DNA from: a bacterium
GTDB lineage: Bacteria; RBG-13-61-14; DATKZS01
NCBI GenBank assembly: GCA_963674965.2
Contig: CAXXFL010000001.1
Coordinates: 1 to 64,000, forward strand
Direction of reading: 5' to 3'
Length of the DNA stretch: 64,000 bases
Shown here: in pieces, positions 10,078 through 18,955 of the stretch
Layout: every line of letters begins with the position of its first letter
Numbering within the stretch: the first letter of the stretch is position 1
Translations under genes and position numbers: made by a program
The notes under the pieces: generated by a model
The model's input: the letters and a program-made list of their open reading frames with translations, nothing else
What the model was told of the DNA's origin: nothing
Databases searched by the model: none

Positions 10078-10451
10078 TCACTTGCTCGCCTTTACCATGG
10101 CCACAATCCCGGCCCGGACGGCCTCGGGGAGGTCGTTCCATTTATCCACTACAAGGGAAAGGTCGGCGTCCAGGACGGCGCGTCCCGGCCCCTGGCCGCT
10201 CATGTCCTGGCCCTGGCCGTGGTCCTCTCCTGGCCGGGGAAGGCCCGGTTTATTGTATACCGTACTGGATACCGTTCCGGGATTGTTCCGGGATTTTTCT
10301 TTCCGCGACGGGTTATCAAGCTGTACCCCATCTGTCCGGGCGCAATTTGCGACGCCGCCTAATTCATCGGTAAGGCTCGGATATTGTATTGGATTTTCGT
10401 CTTTTTGTCCGGGGTTGTCCTGAATTTGTCCGGTCTCGAAATTGCTGGAAA
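10078..10451 (-). mobile_element. Possible att-adjacent relic of an integrative element downstream of tRNA-Val
   Basis: Open frame continuing out of the tRNA 3' half and ending DADLSLVVDKWNDLPEAVRAGIVAMVKASK, a peptide type I recall from integrase tails and tRNA att sites. Confidence 0.45.
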
Positions 10452-10527
10452 TGGTAGGCACGTGGGGATTTGAACCCCAGACCCCTACCGCGTCAAGGTA
10501 GTGCTCTCCCAACTGAGCTACGTGCCT
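10452..10527 (-). tRNA. tRNA-Val(GAC)
   Basis: 76 nt; acceptor AGGCACG/CGTGCCT, D-arm TAGCTCAGTTGGGAGAGC, anticodon arm CTACC-TTGACGC-GGTAG, T-loop GTTCAAATC, encoded CCA. Confidence 0.97.
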
Positions 10528-10540
10528 AGGTACAGATAGT

Positions 10541-10568
10541 AGTATGCCTCAATAACCGGAATTGTCAA
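10541..10568 (-). promoter_or_regulatory. Sigma70-type promoter of tRNA-Val
   Basis: TTGACA-N16-CATACT ending 13 nt upstream of the tRNA. Confidence 0.6.
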
Positions 10569-10691
10569 GCCCCGGAAGGTTGGACGGACGGTGGGATCAG
10601 CCGGCGGGAGGGCCGGGGGATTGGGGCGCGAGAAGAGGGCGAGGCGCCGCCGGGCGCTTGGAGGCGGGGCGGCGCCTTGGCGGTTTGGTGA

Positions 10692-11309
10692 CTATTTCTT
10701 TTCTTTCTTCCGAGGGAGGTCGCCGGCCGTTTGGGGCTCGGCGAGGACGTCGCCGGTCACGGTGTTCATGGTCTTGTTGGCGAAGCCCATGATGGTGATC
10801 ACGGCCAGGACGTCCCTTCTTTCCTGCTCGTTATAGTTGGCCTCGAACTCGGCCACCACCTCCTCGTCGGGGAACTCGCCTCGGAAGAGGGCGTAGTCCC
10901 GCACCCAGGCCAGGGCCGCCCGCTCGCGGGGGTCGAAGTCCTCGGGGTTGAGATCGACCAGGGAAAGTATCTCCTCGTCCGTGAGTCCCGCCTTTCTCCC
11001 GAACTGGGAGTGGGCCTGGAATCACCCCACGCAGTGGTTGTTGATGGTCAGGGTAAGGCAAAGCTTCTCGCGGAAGGCCGGGTCTATCCAGCCCATGTCC
11101 ACCGGGCCTCCGTTCAGGCGCTTGAAGAGGATGATGTTGTTCACCTTGCCATAGTGCTTGAGGAAGTCGCCCGCCCCCTCGAACTTGGGATGATTGACGC
11201 TGACGCCGAAGTTGTTTTGGGTGGGGGCCTTTTTCGCCGCGCAACCCGTAAGGACCAGGATAGCCGTCCCTACAAGCCCCAAGAGACTTTTCAATTTTAT
11301 GCCGGTCAT
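10692..11309 (-). CDS. AhpD/CMD-family selenoprotein with lipoprotein signal (Sec at 11022-11024; 205 aa)
   Basis: ORFs 11022..11357 and 10692..10904 are in one frame, split by a single TGA. Read-through gives IDPAFREKLCLTLTINNHCVG-U-FQAHSQFGRKAGLTDEEI, matching the AhpD CxxCxxxH motif. GGGAGG RBS, lipobox LTGC, SECIS-like hairpin. Confidence 0.88.
10990..11015 (-). promoter_or_regulatory. Bacterial SECIS-like hairpin
   Basis: GCC-CA-CUCCC-AGUUC-GGGAG-AAA-GGC. The apical loop follows the UGA after 16 nt and has a G in its first two positions followed by U. Confidence 0.72.
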
Positions 11310-11387
11310 GATGACGCCTCCCGATAAAAATATAACCTCATGGCGGGCAAATGGCAATCGTTTTTTTTCGCTCGCGCCCGGCCTCGC

Positions 11388-11837
11388 CTAGCGGGCGGCC
11401 AAACCCTCGATGGCGGTCTTCCACTTTTCCTCGTCGGACACGAAGAAGCCGACCCTGGTTCCATCCTGGAGGTGCAGGACCAAAACCTTTTTGCCCGCGA
11501 CCCAGTTACCCAGAAAGGATTTTTCCACGGTCACTTGACCGATCTCATAGGCCCCGAGCCGGATGACGTTCTTTCCCACCAGGGGATGGAAGGTCAGCCC
11601 TCCTCGAGCAAGGTATATTACACCGTTGCATTTAATCCTTCCGAACCTCGCGGTGGAGCCTCGAAAGCTTCCGCTTTCCGGCGCGATAATGGTCCCGCCG
11701 GGATCGAGACTTATCTCCTCCTCGATCTTGCGCCGAATTTTTTTGGATTTGCCGGCAAAAAAATACAAGAGGGCCCCGATCGTGAAAAAGAGGGCCAAGA
11801 AAAGTAAGACTACGGGAAAGACAACGGTTAAGGCCAT
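11388..11837 (-). CDS. Membrane-anchored hypothetical protein (possibly PH-like beta domain)
   Basis: AAGGAA RBS, N-terminal TM helix, CNGVIYL..GGLTF and RVGFFV.D.EKW pattern. Confidence 0.65.
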   Translation of the reverse strand: MALTVVFPVVLLFLALFFTIGALLYFFAGKSKKIRRKIEEEISLDPGGTIIAPESGSFRGSTARFGRIKCNGVIYLARGGLTFHPLVGKNVIRLGAYEIGQVTVEKSFLGNWVAGKKVLVLHLQDGTRVGFFVSDEEKWKTAIEGLAAR

Positions 11838-12250
11838 GGCGATTTCCTTTGCTTGACGCGTTCTATCGCCCGGATTTTCCGGACGTCCTCCTCGATGTCC
11901 CTCACGGTGAGGCCTCCGCATATAAATATACACTCTGACGGGCAAATCTCAATAGGCAAGCCTGGCCAAAAACCAAGCCTAGAATTGGCCGTGACGGAAA
12001 AAACGCGGCAAGCGTCCGGCTTTTTTCGCCAGGAATGAAAATATTTTTCGTCTTTTACTACTAAATATGCTATCTTCTTGAGATCATCACGCCGCGGCGG
12101 GGAGCTATTTAACCTTGGAGCGGCCGTCGGCGGTTTTGAAAACCCACGGGAAAAGAGATTGCGACTCTGAAAAAATGTCGATTTTACCTTGCTTTAAGAA
12201 AGTCGATATAGTAATTTCGATCTAATGAAAGGTTCAAGGAGGAAAGAAAT

Positions 12251-12757
12251 ATGAAATGTCCATCTTGCGGAGCGGACAACGCTGACGGCAACATCATGTG
12301 CACGAACTGCGGCAACTCGCTCGAGGGGACCCAGCAGGCCCAACAACCGGCTCAGCCGGCCCAGCCCGCCCCTCCCCCCGCGCAACAGGCCTACGCTCCC
12401 CAGCAGGGCGGCTACGCCCCGCCGCCTCAGGGCGGGTACCAGCAGCAGGGCGGATACCCGCCGCAGGGAGGGTTCCCGCCGGGCGGGGGCATGCCCGCGG
12501 GCCAGCAGGTGCCCAACTACCTGGTCATGGCCATCCTCTCGATTTTCTGCTGCTGGCCTTTGGCCATCGTGGCCATCATCTTCGCCACCCAGGTTAACTC
12601 GAAACTGGCCATGGGCGACGTGGCCGGGGCCATGGACGCCTCGAAAAAGGCCAAGCTTTTCTCCATGATCGGAATAGGAATCGGCGTGGCCTTCACGTTG
12701 CTTTATATTATCCTCATGGTGGTGGGAATGGTCGCCGGTGGGATGCAGAGCTATTGA
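12251..12757 (+). CDS. CD225/dispanin-family protein with N-terminal zinc ribbon
   Basis: CPSC...CTNC, P/Q/G-rich linker, VPNYLVMAILSIFCCWPLAIVAIIFATQVN...GD..GA..AS.KAK. Confidence 0.92.
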   Translation: MKCPSCGADNADGNIMCTNCGNSLEGTQQAQQPAQPAQPAPPPAQQAYAPQQGGYAPPPQGGYQQQGGYPPQGGFPPGGGMPAGQQVPNYLVMAILSIFCCWPLAIVAIIFATQVNSKLAMGDVAGAMDASKKAKLFSMIGIGIGVAFTLLYIILMVVGMVAGGMQSY

Positions 12758-12843
12758 TCGGCCTTGATTATTGCATGATATTGCCCGCTCCGCGGCGGGC
12801 TTGAAAGGGTATTGGCGTTAACCAATCAGCAAGGAGGGAATGA

Positions 12844-13215
12844 ATGGATCGTTTGACTGGAAGTGGTAGAGGATTATCCAACAGGACAGAGATGGGAGCT
12901 CCTCCTCCCGGCCAGCCGGGCATGCCCGGCCCGGGAATGCCTGGAGGGGCCCCGCCGGCCAGCGTGCCCAACAACCTGATACTGGCTATCCTGGTCACGT
13001 TGTTCTGCTGTCTGCCGGGCGGGATAGTGGCCATTGTTTTCGCCACGCAGGTCAATTCCAAACTGGCCGCCGGCGACGTGGCTGGGGCCATGGACGCCTC
13101 GAAAAAGGCGAAAATGATATCTCTTATCTCCGCGGGTATCGGTCTCGCCTTTATAATCATTTACGTGATTTTAATGGTGGTCGTCGGAGTCGGCGGAGGC
13201 ATGTCGTCCTATTGA
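12844..13215 (+). CDS. CD225/dispanin-family protein
   Basis: AAGGAGG RBS; VPNNLILAILVTLFCCLPGGIVAIVFATQVN. Alternative start at 12892. Confidence 0.9.
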   Translation: MDRLTGSGRGLSNRTEMGAPPPGQPGMPGPGMPGGAPPASVPNNLILAILVTLFCCLPGGIVAIVFATQVNSKLAAGDVAGAMDASKKAKMISLISAGIGLAFIIIYVILMVVVGVGGGMSSY

Positions 13216-13242
13216 TCGTTACCGTTCCCTTTTGGGAGTGAT

Positions 13243-13632
13243 ATGAACAACTTCAACGGTTCGAAACCATTTTCGGGAGTATCGTACCAGCCGCCCGGCC
13301 CCCCTTACGGGCCGGGCGGGTACGCTCCCCCTCCCATGGGTTATCCGGGCCAACCCATAATCCTGCCGCCCGTCAACAACCATCTGGTGTTCGCCATCAT
13401 GGTCACTATTTTCTGCTGCCTGCCCGGCGGGGTCATCGCCTTAATCTACGCCTCTCAGGTCAACGGCAAACTGGCCATGGGCGACTACAACGGCGCCATG
13501 GCGTCCTCGCGGAGCGCCAACTTCTGGTGCTGGCTGTCGGTGATACTGATGGGCCTGGTTTACGCGGCCATGGGGGTTTTCTACGGGATAATGATTCTGG
13601 TGGCCATCCTGTCCGAGTCCGGGGGCTACTGA
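13243..13632 (+). CDS. CD225/dispanin-family protein
   Basis: Pro-rich N-terminus; NNHLVFAIMVTIFCCLPGGVIALIYASQVN...GDYNGA..SS.SA. Confidence 0.9.
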   Translation: MNNFNGSKPFSGVSYQPPGPPYGPGGYAPPPMGYPGQPIILPPVNNHLVFAIMVTIFCCLPGGVIALIYASQVNGKLAMGDYNGAMASSRSANFWCWLSVILMGLVYAAMGVFYGIMILVAILSESGGY

Positions 13633-13674
13633 TCCAAAGACGCCAAACCGCGAGGGCGCGAAGGGCCGGGTAAA

Positions 13675-14046
13675 ATGGGCGATCCTTACGACGGGTCATG
13701 GCAGGGCAAATACCACCTCTCGGGCCAGACTAACCCTTACGGACCGGGCCAGGCATATCAAGAGCCTTTGCCGCCGGTCCAGAACTACCTGGTCTTCGCC
13801 GTGCTTGCCACTCTTTTCTGTTGTCTGCCCCTGGGAGTGGTGGCCATCCTCTTCGCCACCCAGGTCAACACCAAGCTGGCCCAGGGAGATTATTTCGGAG
13901 CGGTCAAGGCCTCGAACAACGCCAGGAACTTCTGCCTTATCTCGGCGGGGGTCCAGGCCGTGATCTACCTCATTACCATCATCATCTACGTGGCTTACGC
14001 CATTTTCGCCTACGGGATCATTTCCGATTTGACCGAGACGATATGA
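13675..14046 (+). CDS. CD225/dispanin-family protein
   Basis: QNYLVFAVLATLFCCLPLGVVAILFATQVN...GDYFGA..AS.NA. Confidence 0.9.
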   Translation: MGDPYDGSWQGKYHLSGQTNPYGPGQAYQEPLPPVQNYLVFAVLATLFCCLPLGVVAILFATQVNTKLAQGDYFGAVKASNNARNFCLISAGVQAVIYLITIIIYVAYAIFAYGIISDLTETI

Positions 14047-14134
14047 GCGGCAAGACGGAAAGGAGGTGGACTTCCCACATTTTGAAAAACTTGGGATATA
14101 CGGCTCGTGGCGATCTGCATACGAATCTCGGGCC

Positions 14135-14353
14135 AAAGCCCGAAGGGCTTTAACATGAATAGCCGTAGGCGCCAGCCTACGGGAAGCGTGGCCGGTAATT
14201 TCTTACCCGCCCCCGAAGGGGGCGAACCTTGCCGGGCGTCGGCAATCCAGGTCGCCGGTGGTCCGGCCCATTCAGGGCCGAAGAACATTTTAAAAGCCAT
14301 CCTTTCCGTAGGCTGGCGCCTACGGCTATTCGAATTTTCCCCCTTCGGGGGAA
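14135..14353. repeat. REPIN/MITE-like palindromic element
   Basis: Perfect 26-bp inverted repeat GAATAGCCGTAGGCGCCAGCCTACGG (14157-14182 and 14306-14331), plus short CCCGAAGGG / CCCTTCGGG hairpins outside and between the arms. Confidence 0.75.
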
Positions 14354-14461
14354 GACGGCTACGTCCGTTTCAGCGGCGTCGGCGGCCGACTGATCGAGGA
14401 GGCAACGGTTGATTTTCACTTCGAGCGGCGGACAACTTGCCGGATAAAAAAGGAACCAAGA

Positions 14462-14890
14462 GTGAAACGGTCAAAATTGGGGGAAGTTCCGGGAAAGGAG
14501 AAGCTGAAGGCGGCGGCCGTCCTCTTGGTGGCGTTTTGTTTCGCGCTGGTCCTTTTCTTTTTCAAGCCCGGCTCGGGCGGGATATATCCACCCTGTCCCT
14601 TCCACGCCCTGACGGGTCTTTATTGTCCCGGGTGCGGCACTCTCCGCGGCCTTCACCAGCTTCTGCACGGCCATTTCTGGGCGGCCCTGGACTATAACCC
14701 CCTGATGGTGCTGTCCCTTCCCTTTATCGGATATTACCTGGCCTCCCAGGTATCGATACTAACTCGCGGCCGTCCCCTCAAGGCGTACTTTTACCCGGTC
14801 TGGCTGATCTGGACCATATTTTACGTCATCATCGGCTACTGGGTTATCCGTAACCTTCCCTGGTTTCCCTTTACATATCTTGCGCCTTGA
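14462..14890 (+). CDS. DUF2752 domain membrane protein
   Basis: PPCPFHALTGLYCPGCGTLRGLHQLLHG...A..YNPL and C-terminal WVIRNLP. Confidence 0.9.
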   Translation: MKRSKLGEVPGKEKLKAAAVLLVAFCFALVLFFFKPGSGGIYPPCPFHALTGLYCPGCGTLRGLHQLLHGHFWAALDYNPLMVLSLPFIGYYLASQVSILTRGRPLKAYFYPVWLIWTIFYVIIGYWVIRNLPWFPFTYLAP

Positions 14891-17078
14891 CCCGGCCGTT
14901 TCCGTTGGACTCGAGCGTTTGCAGGACGATGGTGAACGTCGTGCCTTTTCCCGGATCGCTCTCGAGGATTATGCCGCCGCCGTGGCTCCTGATTATCCCC
15001 TGGACCTCGGCCAGTCCCAAGCCCCGGCCGGTCAAGCCGGTGGTGAAAAAGGGGTCGAATATCTTTTCCATCAAGTCCTTGTCCATGCCTTTTCCCTGGT
15101 CGAACACCTGGATGAACAGGCACTCCCCTTTTTTAAGATCGTATCCTTCCGGCATCTTCTCCAGCGTGGCCTCGTCGCACTTCCCGAGGCCGACCTTGAC
15201 CAGTACCTTTCCTTTCGCGTCCTCCATGGACTCGGCCGCGTTGGCCATGACGTTCATGAGGGCCCGCTTCATTTGCGTGGGATCGAGCCTCATCTCCGGC
15301 AGGTCCTCTTCCAGTTCGACCCCTATCTCGATTCCCTCGGGAAGGTCCAAAGAGATTTCCTCCGCGGCCTCGCGGATTATTTCCTCCACCGCGTGACGCT
15401 CGAGGGTTATCCCGCCCTTGCCCGCGTAGGAAACCATCTTCGCGCATATTTCCGCGGCCCGCATGGCCGAGTTCCTCACGTTGGCCAGCCCCTTGGAGGC
15501 TTCCCTGGAGAAGGACTCGTCAATCATGACAAGGTCGATATGGCCTATGACGCTGGTCAGGATATTGTTGAAATTATGGGCTATGCCGCCGGCCACGGTC
15601 CCCATGCTCTCGAGCTTCCTCGCGTAGGCCGCCCTTCTTTCCATCCTTTCCTTTTCCGCTTCCGCCGCCTTGATTTCGGTGATTAACTCGATAAAGACGA
15701 TAAACCCGGCCGGCTCTCCCAGCGGGTCACGCCAGGGATGGACTTTCCACCGAATCCACTCGGGAGGCTTGCCGGGCAGGCTGAGCTCGCTTTCTCCGGC
15801 GATGTTCTCGACCCCCACCAGGGCCCGGTCGTGGGCGTCCTTGATCTCCTCGGGCAAATAAGGATAGACGTCCAAATAGGACATGCCCAGCATGTCGCCC
15901 TCCAGGTTGAAGGTCTCGCGCCACCTTCGGCTCTCGAGGAGTATCTTTTTGTTTTTATCGAACAGGGCCACCATGTTGGGCGATTGCTCGATGAACCTTC
16001 TCAGCCTTTCCTCCCTGGCCTTGAGGTCCGCGTCCTTTTCGTCCAGGGCGTCGAGCATGACGTTGATGCCGCCCTCGAGGCGGGATATCTCGTCGTCGCC
16101 CTCCACGGCCAGCCGCCGGGACGAATCCTTGCTCGAGGCGATCTCCTCGACCGTCTCCGCGGCGAGTCTGACCCGGCCCAAAACGAACCTCTCAAGCATG
16201 ACAACCAGGACCACGAGCAGGATCACGCCGGAAAGCATCACGAAAAAAAGCGCGTACATCTGAGACCGCTTGCCCTCGGCCAGGGTCCTTCTATCCCTTA
16301 GTATCTCGAGGGCCAGGGCGGGGTCCCCATCCAGGCCGCGGAATATGGACTCGATCTTTAATTTTCCATCGCTTATCTCGGAAAGCGAATATGGGTTGCC
16401 AAGATTGGACCTCCTGCCCGTCTCGTCGGCAAGGACGCGCGAGAAAGAGGCGTCCGCCTTAACGATAGCCAAGTCAACCTTGGCCTGGTTCGCTATGGAC
16501 TCGATCATGCCGGGAGTCAGGAGCTTGCCCATGATCATGGTACCCTTGAAGGGTCCCTTGTTCTCGCTGGTTACGATGGCGCGAGATGAAACCAGGCATG
16601 GTCCCCATCTGGAGTTGTAGACTCCCCGCTTGACGGAATCGTCCGACGTGGCCAGAAGGCCATTATCACTAAGGAAACCCTTTGAGGCGGACTCGGGCGC
16701 CTCGATGAAAACCATTTTTTCCAGGTCGTACGCCGCGCCCCACAATACTTCGCCGGCAAGGTCGACCACGTATATCACGTTGTGGTCGGTGGTATGAAAG
16801 GTGTTCTCGAGCAGGTTGCACGAGGCGAATTCCCCGTTTCGGTCCTGAACGAACCGGTACAGGTCGTCCCAGGCGGCCCAGTCGAAGCAGGTCTTGTCGA
16901 TGAACTCGATTTCCTTCTGGATGACTTCCTCGCACCTGTTGAGGTCTTTTTGCGCTTCCTCCCTCTCGAGCTGCTCGAAGCTGGGAAATATTATCAGAGC
17001 GAACGCCGCGTACACCAGGAGAGTGTAAATGGCGAAAACGGCAAGGCCGATGGATATGGCTTTGGCGCGAATAGTCAT
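14871..17078 (-). CDS. CHASE4-HAMP-PAS sensor histidine kinase
   Basis: TM, DWAAWDDLY.F (CHASE4), TM-HAMP, PAS, H-box GIAHNFNNILT, NVMANAAES, DQGKGM, FDPFFTT, GRGLGL. Confidence 0.92.
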   Translation of the reverse strand: MTIRAKAISIGLAVFAIYTLLVYAAFALIIFPSFEQLEREEAQKDLNRCEEVIQKEIEFIDKTCFDWAAWDDLYRFVQDRNGEFASCNLLENTFHTTDHNVIYVVDLAGEVLWGAAYDLEKMVFIEAPESASKGFLSDNGLLATSDDSVKRGVYNSRWGPCLVSSRAIVTSENKGPFKGTMIMGKLLTPGMIESIANQAKVDLAIVKADASFSRVLADETGRRSNLGNPYSLSEISDGKLKIESIFRGLDGDPALALEILRDRRTLAEGKRSQMYALFFVMLSGVILLVVLVVMLERFVLGRVRLAAETVEEIASSKDSSRRLAVEGDDEISRLEGGINVMLDALDEKDADLKAREERLRRFIEQSPNMVALFDKNKKILLESRRWRETFNLEGDMLGMSYLDVYPYLPEEIKDAHDRALVGVENIAGESELSLPGKPPEWIRWKVHPWRDPLGEPAGFIVFIELITEIKAAEAEKERMERRAAYARKLESMGTVAGGIAHNFNNILTSVIGHIDLVMIDESFSREASKGLANVRNSAMRAAEICAKMVSYAGKGGITLERHAVEEIIREAAEEISLDLPEGIEIGVELEEDLPEMRLDPTQMKRALMNVMANAAESMEDAKGKVLVKVGLGKCDEATLEKMPEGYDLKKGECLFIQVFDQGKGMDKDLMEKIFDPFFTTGLTGRGLGLAEVQGIIRSHGGGIILESDPGKGTTFTIVLQTLESNGNGRVKAQDM

Positions 17079-17109
17079 GTCATGGCCGCAACCTGGCATT
17101 AATTATAGA

Positions 17110-17125
17110 TGCAGTTACCGTGCCC
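17110..17125 (-). promoter_or_regulatory. Putative sigma54 (-24/-12) promoter
   Basis: GGGCACG-GTAA-CTGCA against consensus TGGCACG-N4-TTGCW, about 30 nt upstream of the kinase ATG. Confidence 0.55.
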
Positions 17126-17664
17126 CGCCACTCCCTGTTGGGCCAATTGGAACTTATCGTCTATAAGCCAGTTTTAGAAGGTCTTTTTTAACGATAAAAA
17201 CCGATTTGACCTGGTGGCCGATAAAAGGCCCTCCTTGGTTTCCCGATAATGGCAAGAAGGCGATGGAAATCTTGAAATCGATGAGTTCCGATATCGAGTC
17301 CATTGATCGAATGCCCTCCCAGGATGGCCGGACGGATTCGAGTCAAGTCTTAATCGAACTCGGCTTCGCTCCTTGACTTACCGCATGAACATTTCATTTG
17401 CAAAGCCGTATTTTTTCTGGTAAATTATTAAGCACAATTTTTGTGTCCAATGTCTTTTGGATATTTGGATATTTGGCGTCGGCCAGTAGCCGGTCGGATA
17501 GAGTTTAAGACAAACATATTGAAGGATAAAAAAAATCGAAGGGGGGTGAGCGGGTAAGAAGGTTTTTCATCAATGTTAACGCCGATAGCGGTACGTGGAA
17601 ATTGGCGCGGCCCGGGAGGCCGCAAAGTGACAAGCTCGATAATATTGTCAAGGAGGACAACGTG

Positions 17665-18888
17665 ATGAAAAGGAATTTGGCTATTTTATTTGTACTCGCC
17701 GGGCTGGTAATGCCGAGTCTTACCTTTGCCCAGGACGTAAACACCTCGGCCGGCAACATCTCGCTTCTGGCCCACATCGACTTCGTGGCCCGACTCTCAC
17801 CCGAGGACGACCCCAACACCGCCAACGGCTACTACGGATACGAGACTTACAACATCGAGGCCGTGGTCATCGGTCTGGCCGGACAACTTGACGATAACGT
17901 CAACTGGCTGGTCACCTATTCCTACGGCTTTTACGGTCCTAACGCGGCCGCGGCCAGCTACGCGGGAGGACCCGTCGAGAACTCGGCCGGGACCCTTCTG
18001 GACGCCCGGGTAAACTGGATGCTTTTCCAGACCGAGGGCTTCATGAACTCCCTGACCCTGTCCTTTGGCCGGTTCATTCCACCCACGTCCATGACCTTCC
18101 AGCCTCACATGCTGAGCAATCTCAAGGTCCTCAACTACCCGCTCATCAACGGCTCCGGCTTCCAGGGCCTCAGCCCTTACCAGGTAACCAACGGCAGCAC
18201 GGGCAACTATTGGATACCTCTTCCCATGTACCAGACGGGCGTGCAGATGACGGGCAAGTTCTTTGACGACGCCGTGTCCATCATGGTGGGCCATTTCAAC
18301 GGCACCGACCCGGTCGCCAGCTACAACACTGGCGTGGCGGCTTTCCCCGGCATCAACAACACCATGGACATCGACAAGACCAAGGGCACGAACGTGAAGG
18401 TCCAGCTCGACATGTCCGGCTTCCACCTTGGCGGCTTCTACTACTTCGAGGAGGCCTCGATTACCTATGCCTCCGGCGCCATGGAGGACGCCCGCATCGA
18501 CCAGTACGGCGTCGAGGCCGCCTACGAGTCGGACAGCCTCTTCGCCCAGGCCCAGTACATGACCACCAACCTGGACTGGCAGGACATAGGCAGTCAGGAC
18601 CTCGTCCAGTGGGGCGCCTACGGACTTATCGGCATCAACATCGAGAACGTCCAGATCGTGGGACGCTATGACTACATGGACTATGACGCCGACGATACCA
18701 TACTTGACGTCAACCCCGTTACCCTGGTTTTCTACGACGCCAACACCGAGACCATGATCTCCGGCGCCGTGAACTGGCTGATCACCGAGCAAACCACCTT
18801 GGGCTTCAACTACAACTACCGCGACGTCGAGGGATGGGAAGTGGACATCAACGAGTTCGCCCTCATCGTGGAGATGGACCTCTTCTAA
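17665..18888 (+). CDS. Outer-membrane porin-like beta-barrel protein (OprO/P-like)
   Basis: AAGGAGG RBS, signal peptide, LLDARVNW, LSFGRFIPP, GRYDYMD and terminal Phe. Confidence 0.75.
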   Translation: MKRNLAILFVLAGLVMPSLTFAQDVNTSAGNISLLAHIDFVARLSPEDDPNTANGYYGYETYNIEAVVIGLAGQLDDNVNWLVTYSYGFYGPNAAAASYAGGPVENSAGTLLDARVNWMLFQTEGFMNSLTLSFGRFIPPTSMTFQPHMLSNLKVLNYPLINGSGFQGLSPYQVTNGSTGNYWIPLPMYQTGVQMTGKFFDDAVSIMVGHFNGTDPVASYNTGVAAFPGINNTMDIDKTKGTNVKVQLDMSGFHLGGFYYFEEASITYASGAMEDARIDQYGVEAAYESDSLFAQAQYMTTNLDWQDIGSQDLVQWGAYGLIGINIENVQIVGRYDYMDYDADDTILDVNPVTLVFYDANTETMISGAVNWLITEQTTLGFNYNYRDVEGWEVDINEFALIVEMDLF

Positions 18889-18906
18889 TCGCGCAAACCG
18901 GAATCG

Positions 18907-18939
18907 AAAAGGAGCGGCCCCCGGGTCGCTCCTTTTTTT
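18907..18939. terminator. Bidirectional intrinsic terminator
   Basis: AAAAGGAGCGGCCC...GGGTCGCTCCTTTTTTT hairpin between convergent genes. Confidence 0.85.
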
Positions 18940-18955
18940 ACCTCGCCGGTCCGGG

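Noticed and set aside
17456-17477. Short TTGGATAT tandem repeat upstream of the porin
   Set aside because: Could be an operator, but too short to distinguish from chance.
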